Assembly: GCA_964016885.1 (NCBI GenBank)
Contig: OZ024747.1
Location: forward strand, 38,130,001 to 38,194,000
Direction of reading: 5' to 3'
DNA from: Eledone cirrhosa
Taxonomy: Eukaryota
Length of the DNA: 64,000 nt
Part shown: positions 14,701 to 28,820 of the stretch, in pieces
Layout: each line of letters starts with the position of its first letter
Position numbering within the stretch: the first letter of the stretch is position 1
Program-made: the position numbers and the translations under genes
The notes under the pieces: generated by a model
Databases searched by the model: none
What the model was told of the DNA's origin: nothing
The model's input: only the letters and a program-made list of their open reading frames with translations

Positions 14701-16340
14701 GATAGGGTGATAAAATATGTAATGGGAGATAAAGTAGTAAAATATGGTAATAGGGAGATAGGATATTTAAATATGGTAATGAGGAGATAGGGTTTTAAAA
14801 TATGGTACTGGGGAGATATGATAGTAAAATATGTAATGAGGAGATCGTATAGTAAAATATGGTAATAGGGAATTATGATAGTAAAATATGATAATGGGGA
14901 TATAAGATAGTAAAATATGTTATGGGGAGATAGGGTGGTAAAATATGTAATGGGGAGATAGGATAGTAATATATGCAATAGGGAGATAGGATAGTGAAAT
15001 ATGTAATCGGGAGATAGGGTGGTAAAATATGTAATGGGGAGATAGGATAGTAAAATATGTAATGGGGACATAGGATAGTAAAATATGTAATGGGGAGATT
15101 GGGTGGTAAAATATGTAATGGGGAGATAGGGTAGTAAAATATGGTAATGCGGAGTTAGGATAGTAAAATATGTTATGGGGGAGAAAGGTTATTAAAATAT
15201 GTAATGGGGAAATAGGATAGTAAAATATGGTAATGGTGAGACAGCATAGTAAAATATGGTAATGGGGAGATAGGCTAGTAAAATATGTAATGGTGAGATA
15301 GGGTGATAAAATATGTAATGGGAGATAGAGTAGTAAAATGTGGTAATAGGGCGATAGGATATTTAAATATGGTAATGGGGAGATAGGGTTTTAAAATATG
15401 GTACTGGGGAGATATGATAGTAAAATATGTAATGGGGAGATAGGGTGGTAAAATATGTAATGGGGAGATAACGTGGTAAAATATGTAATGGGGAGATAGG
15501 GTGATAAAATATTTAATGGGAGATAGAGTAGTAAAATATGGTAATGGGGAGATAGGGTTTTAAAATACGGTACTGGGGAGATAGGATAGTAAAATATGTA
15601 ATGAGGAGATAGTATAGTAAAATATGGTAATGGGGAATTATGATAGTAAAATATGGTAATGGGGAATTCAGATAGTAAAATATGTTATGGGGAGATAGGG
15701 TGGTAAAATATGTAATGGGAAGATAGGATAGTAAAATATGCAATAGGGAGATAGGATAGTAAAATATGTAATCGGCGGATAGGGTGGTAAAATATGTAAT
15801 GGGGACATAGGCTGGTAAAATAAGTAATGGGGAGTTAGGATACTAACATATGTAATGGGGAGATAGGATAGTAAAATATGTAATGGGGAGATAGGGTGGT
15901 AAAATATGTAATGGGGAGATAGGGTAGTAAAATATGTTAATGCGGATTTAGGATAGTAAAATATGTTATGGGGAGAAAGGTTATTAAAATATGTAATGGG
16001 GAAATAGGATAGTAAAATATGGTAATGGTGAGACAGCATAGTAAAATATGGTAATGGGGAGATAGGCTAGAAAAATATGTAATGGTGAGATAGGTTGATA
16101 AAATATGTAATGGGAGATAGAGTAGTAAAATATGGTAATAGGGAGATAGGATATTTAAATATGGTAATGAGGAGATAGGGTTTTAAAATATGGTACTGGG
16201 GAGATATGATAGTAAAATATGTAATGAGGAGATCGTATAGTAAAATATGGTAATGGGGAATTATGATAGTAAAATATGGTAATGGGGATATAAGATAGTA
16301 AAATATGTTATGGGGAGTTAGGGTGGTAAAATATGTAATG
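8761..16340 (+). repeat. Tandem ~2.6-kb block, about 2.9 copies (starts ~8761, ~11365, ~13942)
   Basis: ORF offsets: 8869/11473 = 2604; 11473/14050, 10885/13462 and 12102/14679 = 2577; ORF ends 13434/16039 = 2605. Copy 2 lacks the TGCAATAGGG monomer near 13160. Confidence 0.85.
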
Positions 16341-19300
16341 GGGAGTAGGATGTAAAATATGTAATGGGGAGATAGGATAGTAAAATATGTAATGGGGACA
16401 TAGGATAGTAAAATATGTAATGGGGAGATAGGGTGGTAAAATATGGTAATGCGGAGTTAGGATAGTAAAATATGTTATGGGGGAGAAAGGTTATTAAAAT
16501 ATGTAATGGGGAAATAGGATAGTGAAATATGGGAATGTTGAGACAGCATAGTAAAATATGGTAATGGGGAGATAGGCTAGTAAAATATGTAATGGTGAGA
16601 TAGGGTGATAAAATATGTAATGGGAGATAGAGTAGTAAAATATGGTAATTGGGCGACAGGATATTTAAATATGGTAATGGGGAGATAGGGTTTTAAAATA
16701 TGGTACTGGGGAGATATGATAGTAAAATATGTAATGGGGAGATAGGGTGGTAAAATATGTAATGGGGAGATAAGGTGGTAAAATATGTAATGGGGAGATA
16801 GGAGAGTAAAATATTTAATGGGAGATAGAGTAGTAAAATATGGTAATGGGGAGATAGGGTTTTAAAATACGGTACTGGGGAGATAGGATAGTAAAATATG
16901 TAATGAGGAGATAGTATAGTAAAATATGGTAATGGGGAATTATGATAGTAAAATATGGTAATGGGGATATAAGATAGTAAAATATGTTATGGGGAGATAG
17001 GGTGGTAAAATATGTAATGGGGAGATAGGATATTTAAATATGGTAATGAGGAGATAGGGTTTTAAAATATGGTACTGGGGAGATATGATAGTAAAATATG
17101 TAATGAGGAGATCGTATAGTAAAATATGGTAATAGGGAATTATGATAGTAAAATATGGTAATGGGGATATAAGATAGTAAAATATGTTATGGGGAGATAG
17201 GGTGGTAAAATATGTAATGGGGAGATAGGATAGTAATATATGCAACAGGGAGATAGGATAGTAAAATATGTAATCGGGAGATAGGGTGGTAAAATATGTA
17301 ATGGGGAGTTAGGATGTAAAATATGTAATGGGGAGATAGGATAGTAAAATATGTAATGGGGACATAGGATAGTAAAATATGTAATGGGGAGATAGGGTGG
17401 TAAAATATGTAATGGGGAGATAGGGTAGTAAATTATGGTAATGCGGAGTTAGGATAGGAAAATATGTTATGGGGGAGAAAGGTTATTAAAATATGTAATG
17501 GGGAAATAGGATAGTAAAATATGGTAATGATGAGACAGCATAGTAAAATATGGTAATGGGGAGATAGGCTAGTAAAATATGTAATGGTGAGATAGGGTGA
17601 TAAAATATGTAATGGGAGATAGAGTAGTAAAATATGGTAATAGGGAGATAGGATATTTAAATATGGTAATGAGGAGATAGGGTTTTAAAATATGGTACTG
17701 GGGAGATATGATAGTAAAATATGTAATGAGGAGATCGTATAGTAAAATATGGTAATAGGGAATTATGATAGTAAAATATGATAATGGGGATATAAGATAG
17801 TAAAATATGTTATGGGGAGATAGGGTGGTAAAATATGTAATGGGGAGATAGGATAGTAATATATGCAATAGGGAGATAGGATAGTAAAATATGTAATCGG
17901 GAGATAGGGTGGTAAAATATGTAATGGGGAGTTAGGATGTAAAATATGTAATGGGGAGATAGGGTAGGAAAATATGGTAATGCGGAGTTAGGATAGTAAA
18001 ATATGTTATGGGTGAGAAAGGTTATTAAAATATGTAATGGGGAAATAGGATAGTAAAATATGGTAATGGTGAGACAGCATAGTAAAATATGGTAATGGGG
18101 AGATAAGCTAGTAAAATATGTAATGGTGAGATATGGTGATAAAATATGTAATGGGAGATAGAGTAGTAAAATGTGGTAATAGGGCGATAGGATATTTAAA
18201 TATGGTAATGGGGAGATAGGGTTTTAAAATATGGTACTGGGGAGATATGATAGTAAAATATGTAATGGGGAGATAGGGTGGTAAAATATGTAATGGGGAG
18301 ATAACGTGGTAAAATATGTAATGGGGAGATAGGGTGATAAAATATTTAATGGGAGATAGAGTAGTAAAATATGGTAATGGGGAGATAGGGTTTTAAAATA
18401 CGGTACTGGGGAGATAGGATAGTAAAATATGTAATGCGGAGATAGTATAGTAAAATATGGTAATGGAGAATTATGATAGTAAAATATGGTAATGGGGAAT
18501 TCAGATAGTAAAATATGTTATGGGGAGATAGGGTGGTAAAATATGTAATGGGAAGATAGGTTGATAAAATATGTAATGGGAGATAGAGTAGTAAAATATG
18601 GTAATAGGGAGATAGGATATTTAAATATGGTAATGAGGAGATAGGGTTTTAAAATATGGTACTGGGGAGATATGATAGTAAAATATGTAATGAGGAGATC
18701 GTATAGTAAAATATGGTAATGGGGAATTATGATAGTAAAATATGGTAATGGGGATATAAGATAGTAAAATATGTTATGGGGAGTTAGGGTGGTAAAATAT
18801 GTAATGGGGAGTAGGATGTAAAATATGTAATGGGGAGATAGGATAGTAAAATATGTAATGGGGACATAGGATAGTAAAATATGTAATGGGGAGATAGGGT
18901 GGTAAAATATGGTAATGCGGAGTTAGGATAGTAAAATATGTTATGGGGGAGAAAGGTTATTAAAATATGTAATGGGGAAATAGGATAGTGAAATATGGGA
19001 ATGTTGAGACAGCATAGTAAAATATGGTAATGGGGAGATAGGCTAGTAAAATATGTAATGGTGAGATAGGGTGATAAAATATGTAATGGGAGATAGAGTA
19101 GTAAAATATGGTAATTGGGCGACAGGATATTTAAATATGGTAATGGGGAGATAGGGTTTTAAAATATGGTACTGGGGAGATATGATAGTAAAATATGTAA
19201 TGGGGAGATAGGGTGGTAAAATATGTAATGGGGAGATAAGGTGGTAAAATATGTAATGGGGAGATAGGAGAGTAAAATATTTAATGGGAGATAGAGTAGT

Positions 19301-21026
19301 AAAATATGGTAATGGGGAGATAGGGTTTTAAAATACGGTACTGGGGAGATAGGATAGTAAAATATGTAATGAGGAGATAGTATAGTAAAATATGGTAATG
19401 GGGAATTATGATAGTAAAATATGGTAATGGGGATATAAGATAGTAAAATATGTTATGGGGAGATAGGGTGGTAAAATATGTAATGGGGAGATAGGATATT
19501 TAAATATGGTAATGAGGAGATAGGGTTTTAAAATATGGTACTGGGGAGATATGATAGTAAAATATGTAATGAGGAGATCGTATAGTAAAATATGGTAATA
19601 GGGAATTATGATAGTAAAATATGGTAATGGGGATATAAGATAGTAAAATATGTTATGGGGAGATAGGGTGGTAAAATATGTAATGGGGAGATAGGATAGT
19701 AATATATGCAACAGGGAGATAGGATAGTAAAATATGTAATCGGGAGATAGGGTGGTAAAATATGTAATGGGGAGTTAGGATGTAAAATATGTAATGGGGA
19801 GATAGGATAGTAAAATATGTAATGGGGACATAGGATAGTAAAATATGTAATGGGGAGATAGGGTGGTAAAATATGTAATGGGGAGATAGGGTAGTAAATT
19901 ATGGTAATGCGGAGTTAGGATAGGAAAATATGTTATGGGGGAGAAAGGTTATTAAAATATGTAATGGGGAAATAGGATAGTAAAATATGGTAATGATGAG
20001 ACAGCATAGTAAAATATGGTAATGGGGAGATAGGCTAGTAAAATATGTAATGGTGAGATAGGGTGATAAAATATGTAATGGGAGATAGAGTAGTAAAATA
20101 TGGTAATAGGGAGATAGGATATTTAAATATGGTAATGAGGAGATAGGGTTTTAAAATATGGTACTGGGGAGATATGATAGTAAAATATGTAATGAGGAGA
20201 TCGTATAGTAAAATATGGTAATAGGGAATTATGATAGTAAAATATGATAATGGGGATATAAGATAGTAAAATATGTTATGGGGAGATAGGGTGGTAAAAT
20301 ATGTAATGGGGAGATAGGATAGTAATATATGCAATAGGGAGATAGGATAGTAAAATATGTAATCGGGAGATAGGGTGGTAAAATATGTAATGGGGAGTTA
20401 GGATGTAAAATATGTAATGGGGAGATAGGGTAGGAAAATATGGTAATGCGGAGTTAGGATAGTAAAATATGTTATGGGTGAGAAAGGTTATTAAAATATG
20501 TAATGGGGAAATAGGATAGTAAAATATGGTAATGGTGAGACAGCATAGTAAAATATGGTAATGGGGAGATAAGCTAGTAAAATATGTAATGGTGAGATAT
20601 GGTGATAAAATATGTAATGGGAGATAGAGTAGTAAAATGTGGTAATAGGGCGATAGGATATTTAAATATGGTAATGGGGAGATAGGGTTTTAAAATATGG
20701 TACTGGGGAGATATGATAGTAAAATATGTAATGGGGAGATAGGGTGGTAAAATATGTAATGGGGAGATAACGTGGTAAAATATGTAATGGGGAGATAGGG
20801 TGATAAAATATTTAATGGGAGATAGAGTAGTAAAATATGGTAATGGGGAGATAGGGTTTTAAAATACGGTACTGGGGAGATAGGATAGTAAAATATGTAA
20901 TGCGGAGATAGTATAGTAAAATATGGTAATGGAGAATTATGATAGTAAAATATGGTAATGGGGAATTCAGATAGTAAAATATGTTATGGGGAGATAGGGT
21001 GGTAAAATATGTAATGGGAAGATAGG
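16090..21026 (+). repeat. Tandem duplication of a 2466-bp block (2 copies)
   Basis: ORF offsets 16940/19406 and 17569/20035 = 2466. GGTTGATAAAAT at 16093 matches 18559. Both copies share rare variants (GGGAATGTTGAGACAGC, GGGCGACAGG, GATAAGCTAG). Confidence 0.9.
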
Positions 21027-21991
21027 ATAGTAAAATATGCAATAGGGAGATAGGATAGTAAAATATGTAATCGGCGGATAGGGTGGTAAAATATGTAATG
21101 GGGACATAGGCTGGTAAAATAAGTAATGGGGAGTTAGGATACTAACATATGTAATGGGGAGATAGGATAGTAAAATATGTAATGGGGAGATAGGGTGGTA
21201 AAATATGTAAAAAGGAGATAGGGTAGTAAAATATGTTAATGCGGATTTAGGATAGTAAAATATGTTATGGGGAGAAAGGTTATTAAAATATGTAATGGGG
21301 AAATAGGATAGTAAAATATGGTAATGGTGAGACAGCATAGTAAAATATGGTAATGGGGAGATAGGCTAGTAAAATATGTAATGGTGAGATAGGTTGATAA
21401 TATATGTAATGAGAGATAGAGTAGTAAAATATGGTAATAGGGAGATAGGATATTTAAATATGGTAATGAGGAGATAGGGTTTTAAAATATGGTACTGGGG
21501 AGATATGATAGTAAAATATGTAATGAGGAGATCGTATAGTAAAATATGGTAATAGGGAATTATGATAGTAAAATATGGTAATGGGGATATAGATAGTAAT
21601 ATATGTTATGGGGAGATAGGGTGGTAAAATATGTAATGGGGAGATAGGATAGTAATATATGCAATAGGGAGATAGGATAGTAAAATATGTAATGGGGAGA
21701 TAGGGTGGTAAAATATGTAATGGGGAGTTAGGATGTAAAATATGTAATGGGGAGATAGGATAGTAAAATATGTAATGGGGACATAGGATAGTAAAATATG
21801 TAATGGGGAGATAGGGTGGTAAAATATGTAATGGGGAGATAGGGTAGTAAAATATGGTAATGCGGATTTAGGATAGTAAAATATGTTATGGGGAGAAAGG
21901 TTATTAAAATATGTAATGGGGAAATAGGATAGTAAAATATGGTAATGGTGAGACAGCATAGTAAAATATGTTAATGGGGAGATAGGCTAGT

Positions 21992-22613
21992 AAAATATGT
22001 AATGGTGAGATAGGTTGATAAAATATGTAATGGGAGATAGAGTAGTAAAATATGGTAATAGGGAGATAGGATATTTAAATATGGTAATGAGGAGATAGGG
22101 TTTTAAAATATGGTACTGGGGAGATATGATAGTAAAATATGTAATGAAGAGATCGTATAGTAAAATATGGTAATAGGGAATTATGATAGTAAAATATGGT
22201 AATGGCGATATAAGATAGTAAAATATGTTATGGGGAGATAGGGTGGTAAAATATGTAATGGGGAGATAGGATAGTAATATATGCAATAGGGAGATAGGAT
22301 AGTAAAATATGTAATCGGGAGATAGGGTGGTAAAATATGTAATGGGGAGTTAGGATGTAAAATATGTAATGGGGAGATAGGATAGTAAAATATGTAATGG
22401 GGACATAGGATAGTAAAATATGTAATGGGGAGATAGGGTGGTAAAATATGTAATGGGGAGATAGGGTAGTAAAATATGGTAATGCGGATTTAGCATAGTA
22501 AAATATGTTATGGGGAGAAAGGTTATTAAAATATGTAATGGGGAAATAGGATAGTAAAATATGGTAATGGTGAGACAGCATAGTAAAATATGTTAATGGG
22601 GAGATAGGCTAGT
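21992..22613 (+). repeat. One complete canonical 22-mer HOR unit (622 bp)
   Basis: Counted by hand: 12 monomers of 28 bp, 8 of 29 bp and 2 of 27 bp total 622 bp. The unit is bounded by GATAGGCTAGT at both ends. Confidence 0.9.
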
Positions 22614-24294
22614 AAAATATGTAATGGTGAGATAGGTTGATAAAATATGTAATGGGAGATAGAGTAGTAAAATATGGTAATAGGGAGATAGGATATTTAA
22701 ATATGGTAATGAGGAGATAGGGTTTTAAAATATGGTACTGGGGAGATATGATAGTAAAATATGTAATGAAGAGATCGTATAGTAAAATATGGTAATAGGG
22801 AATTATGATAGTAAAATATGGTAATGGGGATATAAGATAGTAAAATATGTTATGGGGAGATAGGGTGGTAAAATATGTAATGGGGAGATAGGATAGTAAT
22901 ATATGCAATAGGGAGATAGGATAGTGAAATATGTAATCGGGAGATAGGGTGGTAAAATATGTAATGGGAAGATAGGGTGGTAAAATATGTAATAGGGAGA
23001 TAGGGTGGTAAAATATGTAATGGGGAGATAAGGTGGTAAAATATGTAATGGGGAGATAGGGTGATAAAATATTTAATGGGGAGATAGGTTAGTAAAATAT
23101 GTAATGGTGAGATAGGTTGATAAAATATGTAATGGGAGATAGAGTAGTAAAATATGGTAATAGGGAGATAGGATATTTAAATATGGTAATGAGGAGATAG
23201 GGTTTTAAAATATGGTACTGGGGAGATATGATAGTAAAATATGTAATGAGGAGATCGTATAGTAAAATATGGTAATAGGGAATTATGATAGTAAAAAGTG
23301 GTAATGGGGATATAGATAGTAATATATGTTATGGGGAGATAGGGTGGTAAAATATGTAATGGGGAGATAGGATAGTAATATATGCAATAGGGAGATAGGA
23401 TAGTAAAATATGTAATCGGGAGATAGGGTGGTAAAATATGTAATGGGGAGTTAGGATGTAAAATATGTAATGGGGAGATAGGATAGTAAAATATGTAATG
23501 GGGACATAGGATAGTAAAATATGTAATGGGGAGATAGGGTGGTAAAATATGTAATGGGGAGATAGGGTAGTAAAATATGTTAATGCGGATTTAGGATAGT
23601 AAAATATGTTATGGGGAGAAAGGTTATTAAAATATGTAATGGGGAAATAGGATAGTAAAATATGGTAATGGTGAGACAGCATAGTAAAATATGTTAATGG
23701 GGAGATAGGCTAGTAAAATATGTAATGGTGAGATAGGTTGATAAAATATGTAATGGGAGATAGAGTAGTAAAATATGGTAATAGGGAGATAGGATATTTA
23801 AATATGGTAATGAGGAGATAGGGTTTTAAAATATGGTACTGGGGAGATATGATAGTAAAATATGTAATGAAGAGATCGTATAGTAAAATATGGTAATAGG
23901 GAATTATGATAGTAAAATATGGTAATGGGGATATAAGATAGTAAAATATGTTATGGGGAGATAGGGTGGTAAAATATGTAATGGGGAGATAGGATAGTAA
24001 TATATGCAATAGGGAGATAGGATAGTAAAATATGTAATCGGGAGATAGGGTGGTAAAATATGTAATGGGGAGTTAGGATGTAAAATATGTAATGGGGAGA
24101 TAGGATAGTAAAATATGTAATGGGGACATAGGATAGTAAAATATGTAATGGGGAGATAGGGTGGTAAAATATGTAATGGGGAGATAGGGTAGTAAAATAT
24201 GGTAATGCGGATTTAGGATAGTAAAATATGTTATGGGGAGAAAGGTTATTAAAATATGTAATGGGGAAATAGGATAGTAAAATATGGTAATGGT

Positions 24295-27200
24295 GAGATA
24301 GGCTAGTAAAATATGTAATGGTGAGATAGGTTGATAAAATATGTAATGGGAGATAGAGTAGTAAAATATGGTAATAGGGAGATAGGATATTTAAATATGG
24401 TAATGAGGAGATAGGGTTTTAAAATATGGTACTGGGGAGATATGATAGTAAAATATGTAATGAGGAGATCGTATAGTAAAATATGGTAATAGGGAATTAT
24501 GATAGTAATAGTACAGCAATAGACAGCATAGTAAAATATGGTAAAGGGGAGATAGGCTAGTAAAATATGTAATGGTGAGATAGGTTGATAAAATATGTAA
24601 TGGGGAAATAGGATAGTAAAATATGGGAATGGTGAGACAGCATAGTATAATATGGTAATGGGGAGATAGGCTAGTAAAATATGTAATGGTGAGATAGGGT
24701 GATAAAATATGTAATGGGAGATAGAGTAGTAAAATATGGTAATTGGGCGATAGGATATTTAAATATGGTAATGGGGAGATAGGGTTTTAAAATATGGTAC
24801 TGGGGAGATATGATAGTAAAATATGTAATGGGGAGATAGGGTGGTAAAATATGTAATGGGGAGATAAGGTGGTAAAATATGTAATGGGGAGATAGGGTGA
24901 TAAAATATTTAATGGGAGATACAGTAGTAAAATATGGTAATGGGGAGATAGGGTTTTAAAATACGGTACTGGAGAGATAGGATAGTAAAATATGTAATGA
25001 GGAGATAGTATAGTAAAATATGGTAATGGGGAATTATGATAGTAAAATATGGTAATGGGGAATTCAGATAGTAAAATATGTTATGGGGAGATAGGGTGGT
25101 AAAATATGTAATGGGAAGATAGGATAGTAAAATATGCAATAGGGAGATAGGATAGTGAAATATGTAATCGGCGGTGGTAAAATATGTAATGGGGACATAG
25201 GCTGGTAAAATAAGTAATGGGGAGTTAGGATACTAACATATGTAATGGGGAGATAGGATAGTAAAATATGTAATGGGGAGATAGGGTGGTAAAATTTGTA
25301 ATGGGGAGATAGGGTAGTAAAATATGTTAATGCGGATTTAGGATAGTAAAATATGTTATGGGGAGAAAGGTTATTAAAATATGTAATGGGGAAATAGGAT
25401 AGTAAAATATGGTAATGGTGAGACAGCATAGTAAAATATGGTAATGGGGAGATAGGATATTTAAATATGGTAATGAGGAGATAGGGTTTTAAAATATGGT
25501 ACTGGGGAGATATGATAGTAAAATATGTAATGAGGAGATCGTATAGTAAAATATGGTAATGGGGAATTATGATAGTAAAATATGGTAATGGGGATATAAG
25601 ATAGTAAAATATGTAATGGGGAGATAGGGTGGTAAAATATGTAATGGGGAGATAGGGCAGTAAAATATGTTAATGCGGATTTAGGATAGTAAAATATGTT
25701 ATGGGGAGAAAGGTTATTAAAATATGTAATGGGGAAATACGATAGTAACATATGGTAATGGTGAGACAGCATAGTAAAATATGGTAATGGGGAGATAGGC
25801 TAGTAAAATATGTAATGGTGAGATAGGTTGATAAAATATGTAATGGGAGATAGAGTAGTAAAATATGGTAATAGGGAGATAGGATATTTAAATATGGTAA
25901 TGAGGAGATAGGGTTTTAAAATATGGTACTGGGGAGATATGATAGTAAAATATGTAATGAGGAGATCGTATAGTAAAATATGGTAATAGGGAATTATGAT
26001 AGTAAAATATGGTAATGGGGATATAAGATAGTAAAATATGTTATGGGGAGATAGGGTGGTAAAATATGTAATGGGGAGATAGGATAGTAATATATGCAAT
26101 AGGGAGATAGGATAGTAAAATATGTAATCGGGAGATAGGGTGGTAAAATATGTAATGGGGAGTTAGGATGTAAAATATGTAATGGGGAGATAGGATAGTA
26201 AAATATGTAATGGGGACATAGGATAGTAAAATATGTAATGGGGAGATAGGGTGGTAAAATATGTAATGGGGAGATAGGGTAGTAAAATATGGTAATGCGG
26301 AGTTAGGATAGTAAAATATGTTATGGGGGAGAAAGGTTATTAAAATATGTAATGGGGAAATAGGATAGTAAAATATGGTAATGATGAGACAGCATAGTAA
26401 AATATGGTAATGGGGAGATAGGCTAGTAAAATATGTAATGGTGAGATAGGGTGATAAAATATGTAATGGGAGATAGAGTAGTAAAATATGGTAATAGGGA
26501 GATAGGATATTTAAATATGGTAATGAGGAGATAGGGTTTCAAAATATGGTACTAGGGAGATATGATAGTAAAATATGTAATGAGGAGATCGTATAGTAAA
26601 ATATGGTAATAGGGAATTATGATAGTAAAATATGATAATGGGGATATAAGATAGTAAAATATGTTATGGGGAGATAGGGTGGTAAAATATGTAATGGGGA
26701 GATAGGGCAGTAAAATATGTTAATGCGGATATAGGATAGTAAAATATGTTATGGGGAGAAAGGTTATTAAAATATGTAATGGGGAAATACTATAGTAACA
26801 TATGGTAATGGTGAGACAGCATAGTAAAATATGGTAATGGGGAGATAGGCTAGTAAAATATGTAATGGTGAGATAGGTTGATGAAATATGTAATGGGAGA
26901 TAGAGTAGTAAAATATGGTAATAGGGAGATAGGATATTTAAATATGGTAATGAGGAGATAGGGTTTTCAAATATGGTACTGGGGAGATATGATAGTAAAA
27001 TATGTAATGAGGAGATCGTATAGTAAAATATGGTAATAGGGAATTATGATAGTAAAATATGGTAATGGGGATATAAGATAGTAAAATATGTTATGGGGAG
27101 ATAGGGTGGTAAAATATGTAATGGGGAGATAGGATAGTAATATATGCAATAGGGAGATAGGATAGTAATATATGTAATCGGGAGATAGGGTGGTAAAATA

Positions 27201-28820
27201 TGTAATGGGGAGTTAGGATGTAAAATATGTAATGGGGAGATAGGATAGTAAAATATGTAATGGGGACATAGGATAGTAAAATATGTAATGGGGAGATAGG
27301 GTGGTAAAATATGTAATGGGGAGATAGGGTAGTAAAATATGGTAATGCGGAGTTAGGATAGTAAAATATGTTATGGGGGAGAAAGGTTATTAAAATATGT
27401 AATGGGGAAATAGGATAGTAAAATATGGTAATGATGAGACAGCATAGTAAAATATGGTAATGGGGAGATAGGCTAGTAAAATATGTAATGGTGAGATAGG
27501 TTGATAAAATATGTAATGGGAGATAGAGTAGTAAAATATGGTAATAGGGAGATAGGATATTTAAATATGGTAATGAGGAGATAGGGTTTTAAAATATGGT
27601 ACTGGGGAGATATGATAGTAAAATATGTAATGAGGAGATCGTATAGTAAAATATGGTAATAGGGAATTATGATAGTAATAGTACAGCAATAGACAGCATA
27701 GTAAAATATGGTAATGGGGAGATAGGCTAGTAAAATATGTAATGGTGAGATAGGTTGATAAAATATGTAATGGGGAAATAGGATAGTAAAATATGGGAAT
27801 GGTGAGACAGCATAGTAAAATATGGTAATGGGGAGATAGGCTAGTAAAATATGTAATGGTGAGATAGGGTGATAAAATATGTAATGGGAGATAGAGTAGT
27901 AAAATATGGTAATTGGGCGATAGGATATTTAAATATGGTAATGGGGAGATAGGGTTTTAAAATATGGTACTGGGGAGATATGATAGTAAAATATGTAATG
28001 GGGAGATAGGGTGGTAAAATATGTAATGGGGAGATAAGGTGGTAAAATATGTAATGGGGAGATAGGGTGATAAAATATTTAATGGGAGATACAGTAGTAA
28101 AATATGGTAATGGGGAGATAGGGTTTTAAAATACGGTACTGGAGAGATAGGATAGTAAAATATGTAATGACGAGATAGTATAGTAAAATATGGTAATGGG
28201 GAATTATGATAGTAAAATATGGTAATGGGGAATTCAGATATTAAAATATGTTATGGGGAGATATGGTGGTAAAATATGTAATGGGAAGATAGGATAGTAA
28301 AATATGCAATAGGGAGATAGGATAGTGAAATATGTAATCGGCGGTGGTAAAATATGTAATGGGGACATAGGCTGGTAAAATAAGTAATGGGGAGTTAGGA
28401 TACTAACATATGTAATGGGGAGATAGGATAGTAAAATATGTAATGGGGAGATAGGGTGGTAAAATATGTAATGGGGAGATAGGGTAGTAAAATATGTTAA
28501 TGCGGATTTAGGATAGTAAAATATGTTATGGGGAGAAAGGTTATTAAAATATGTAATGGGGAAATAGGATAGTAAAATATGGTAATGGTGAGACAGCATA
28601 GTAAAATATGGTAATGGGGAGATAGGATATTTAAATATGGTAATGAGGAGATAGGGTTTTAAAATATGGTACTGGGGAGATATGATAGTAAAATATGTAA
28701 TGAGGAGATCGTATAGTAAAATATGGTAATGGGGAATTATGATAGTAAAATATGGTAATGGGGATATAAGATAGTAAAATATGTAATGGGGAGATAGGGT
28801 GGTAAAATATGTAATGGGGA
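24295..28820 (+). repeat. Two ~1.35-kb copies (~24295-25650 and ~27465-28820) offset by 3170 bp
   Basis: Shared junction GTACAGCAATAGACAGC at 24511 and 27681, and shared deletion variant AATCGGCGGTGGT at ~25170 and ~28340. Confidence 0.85.
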
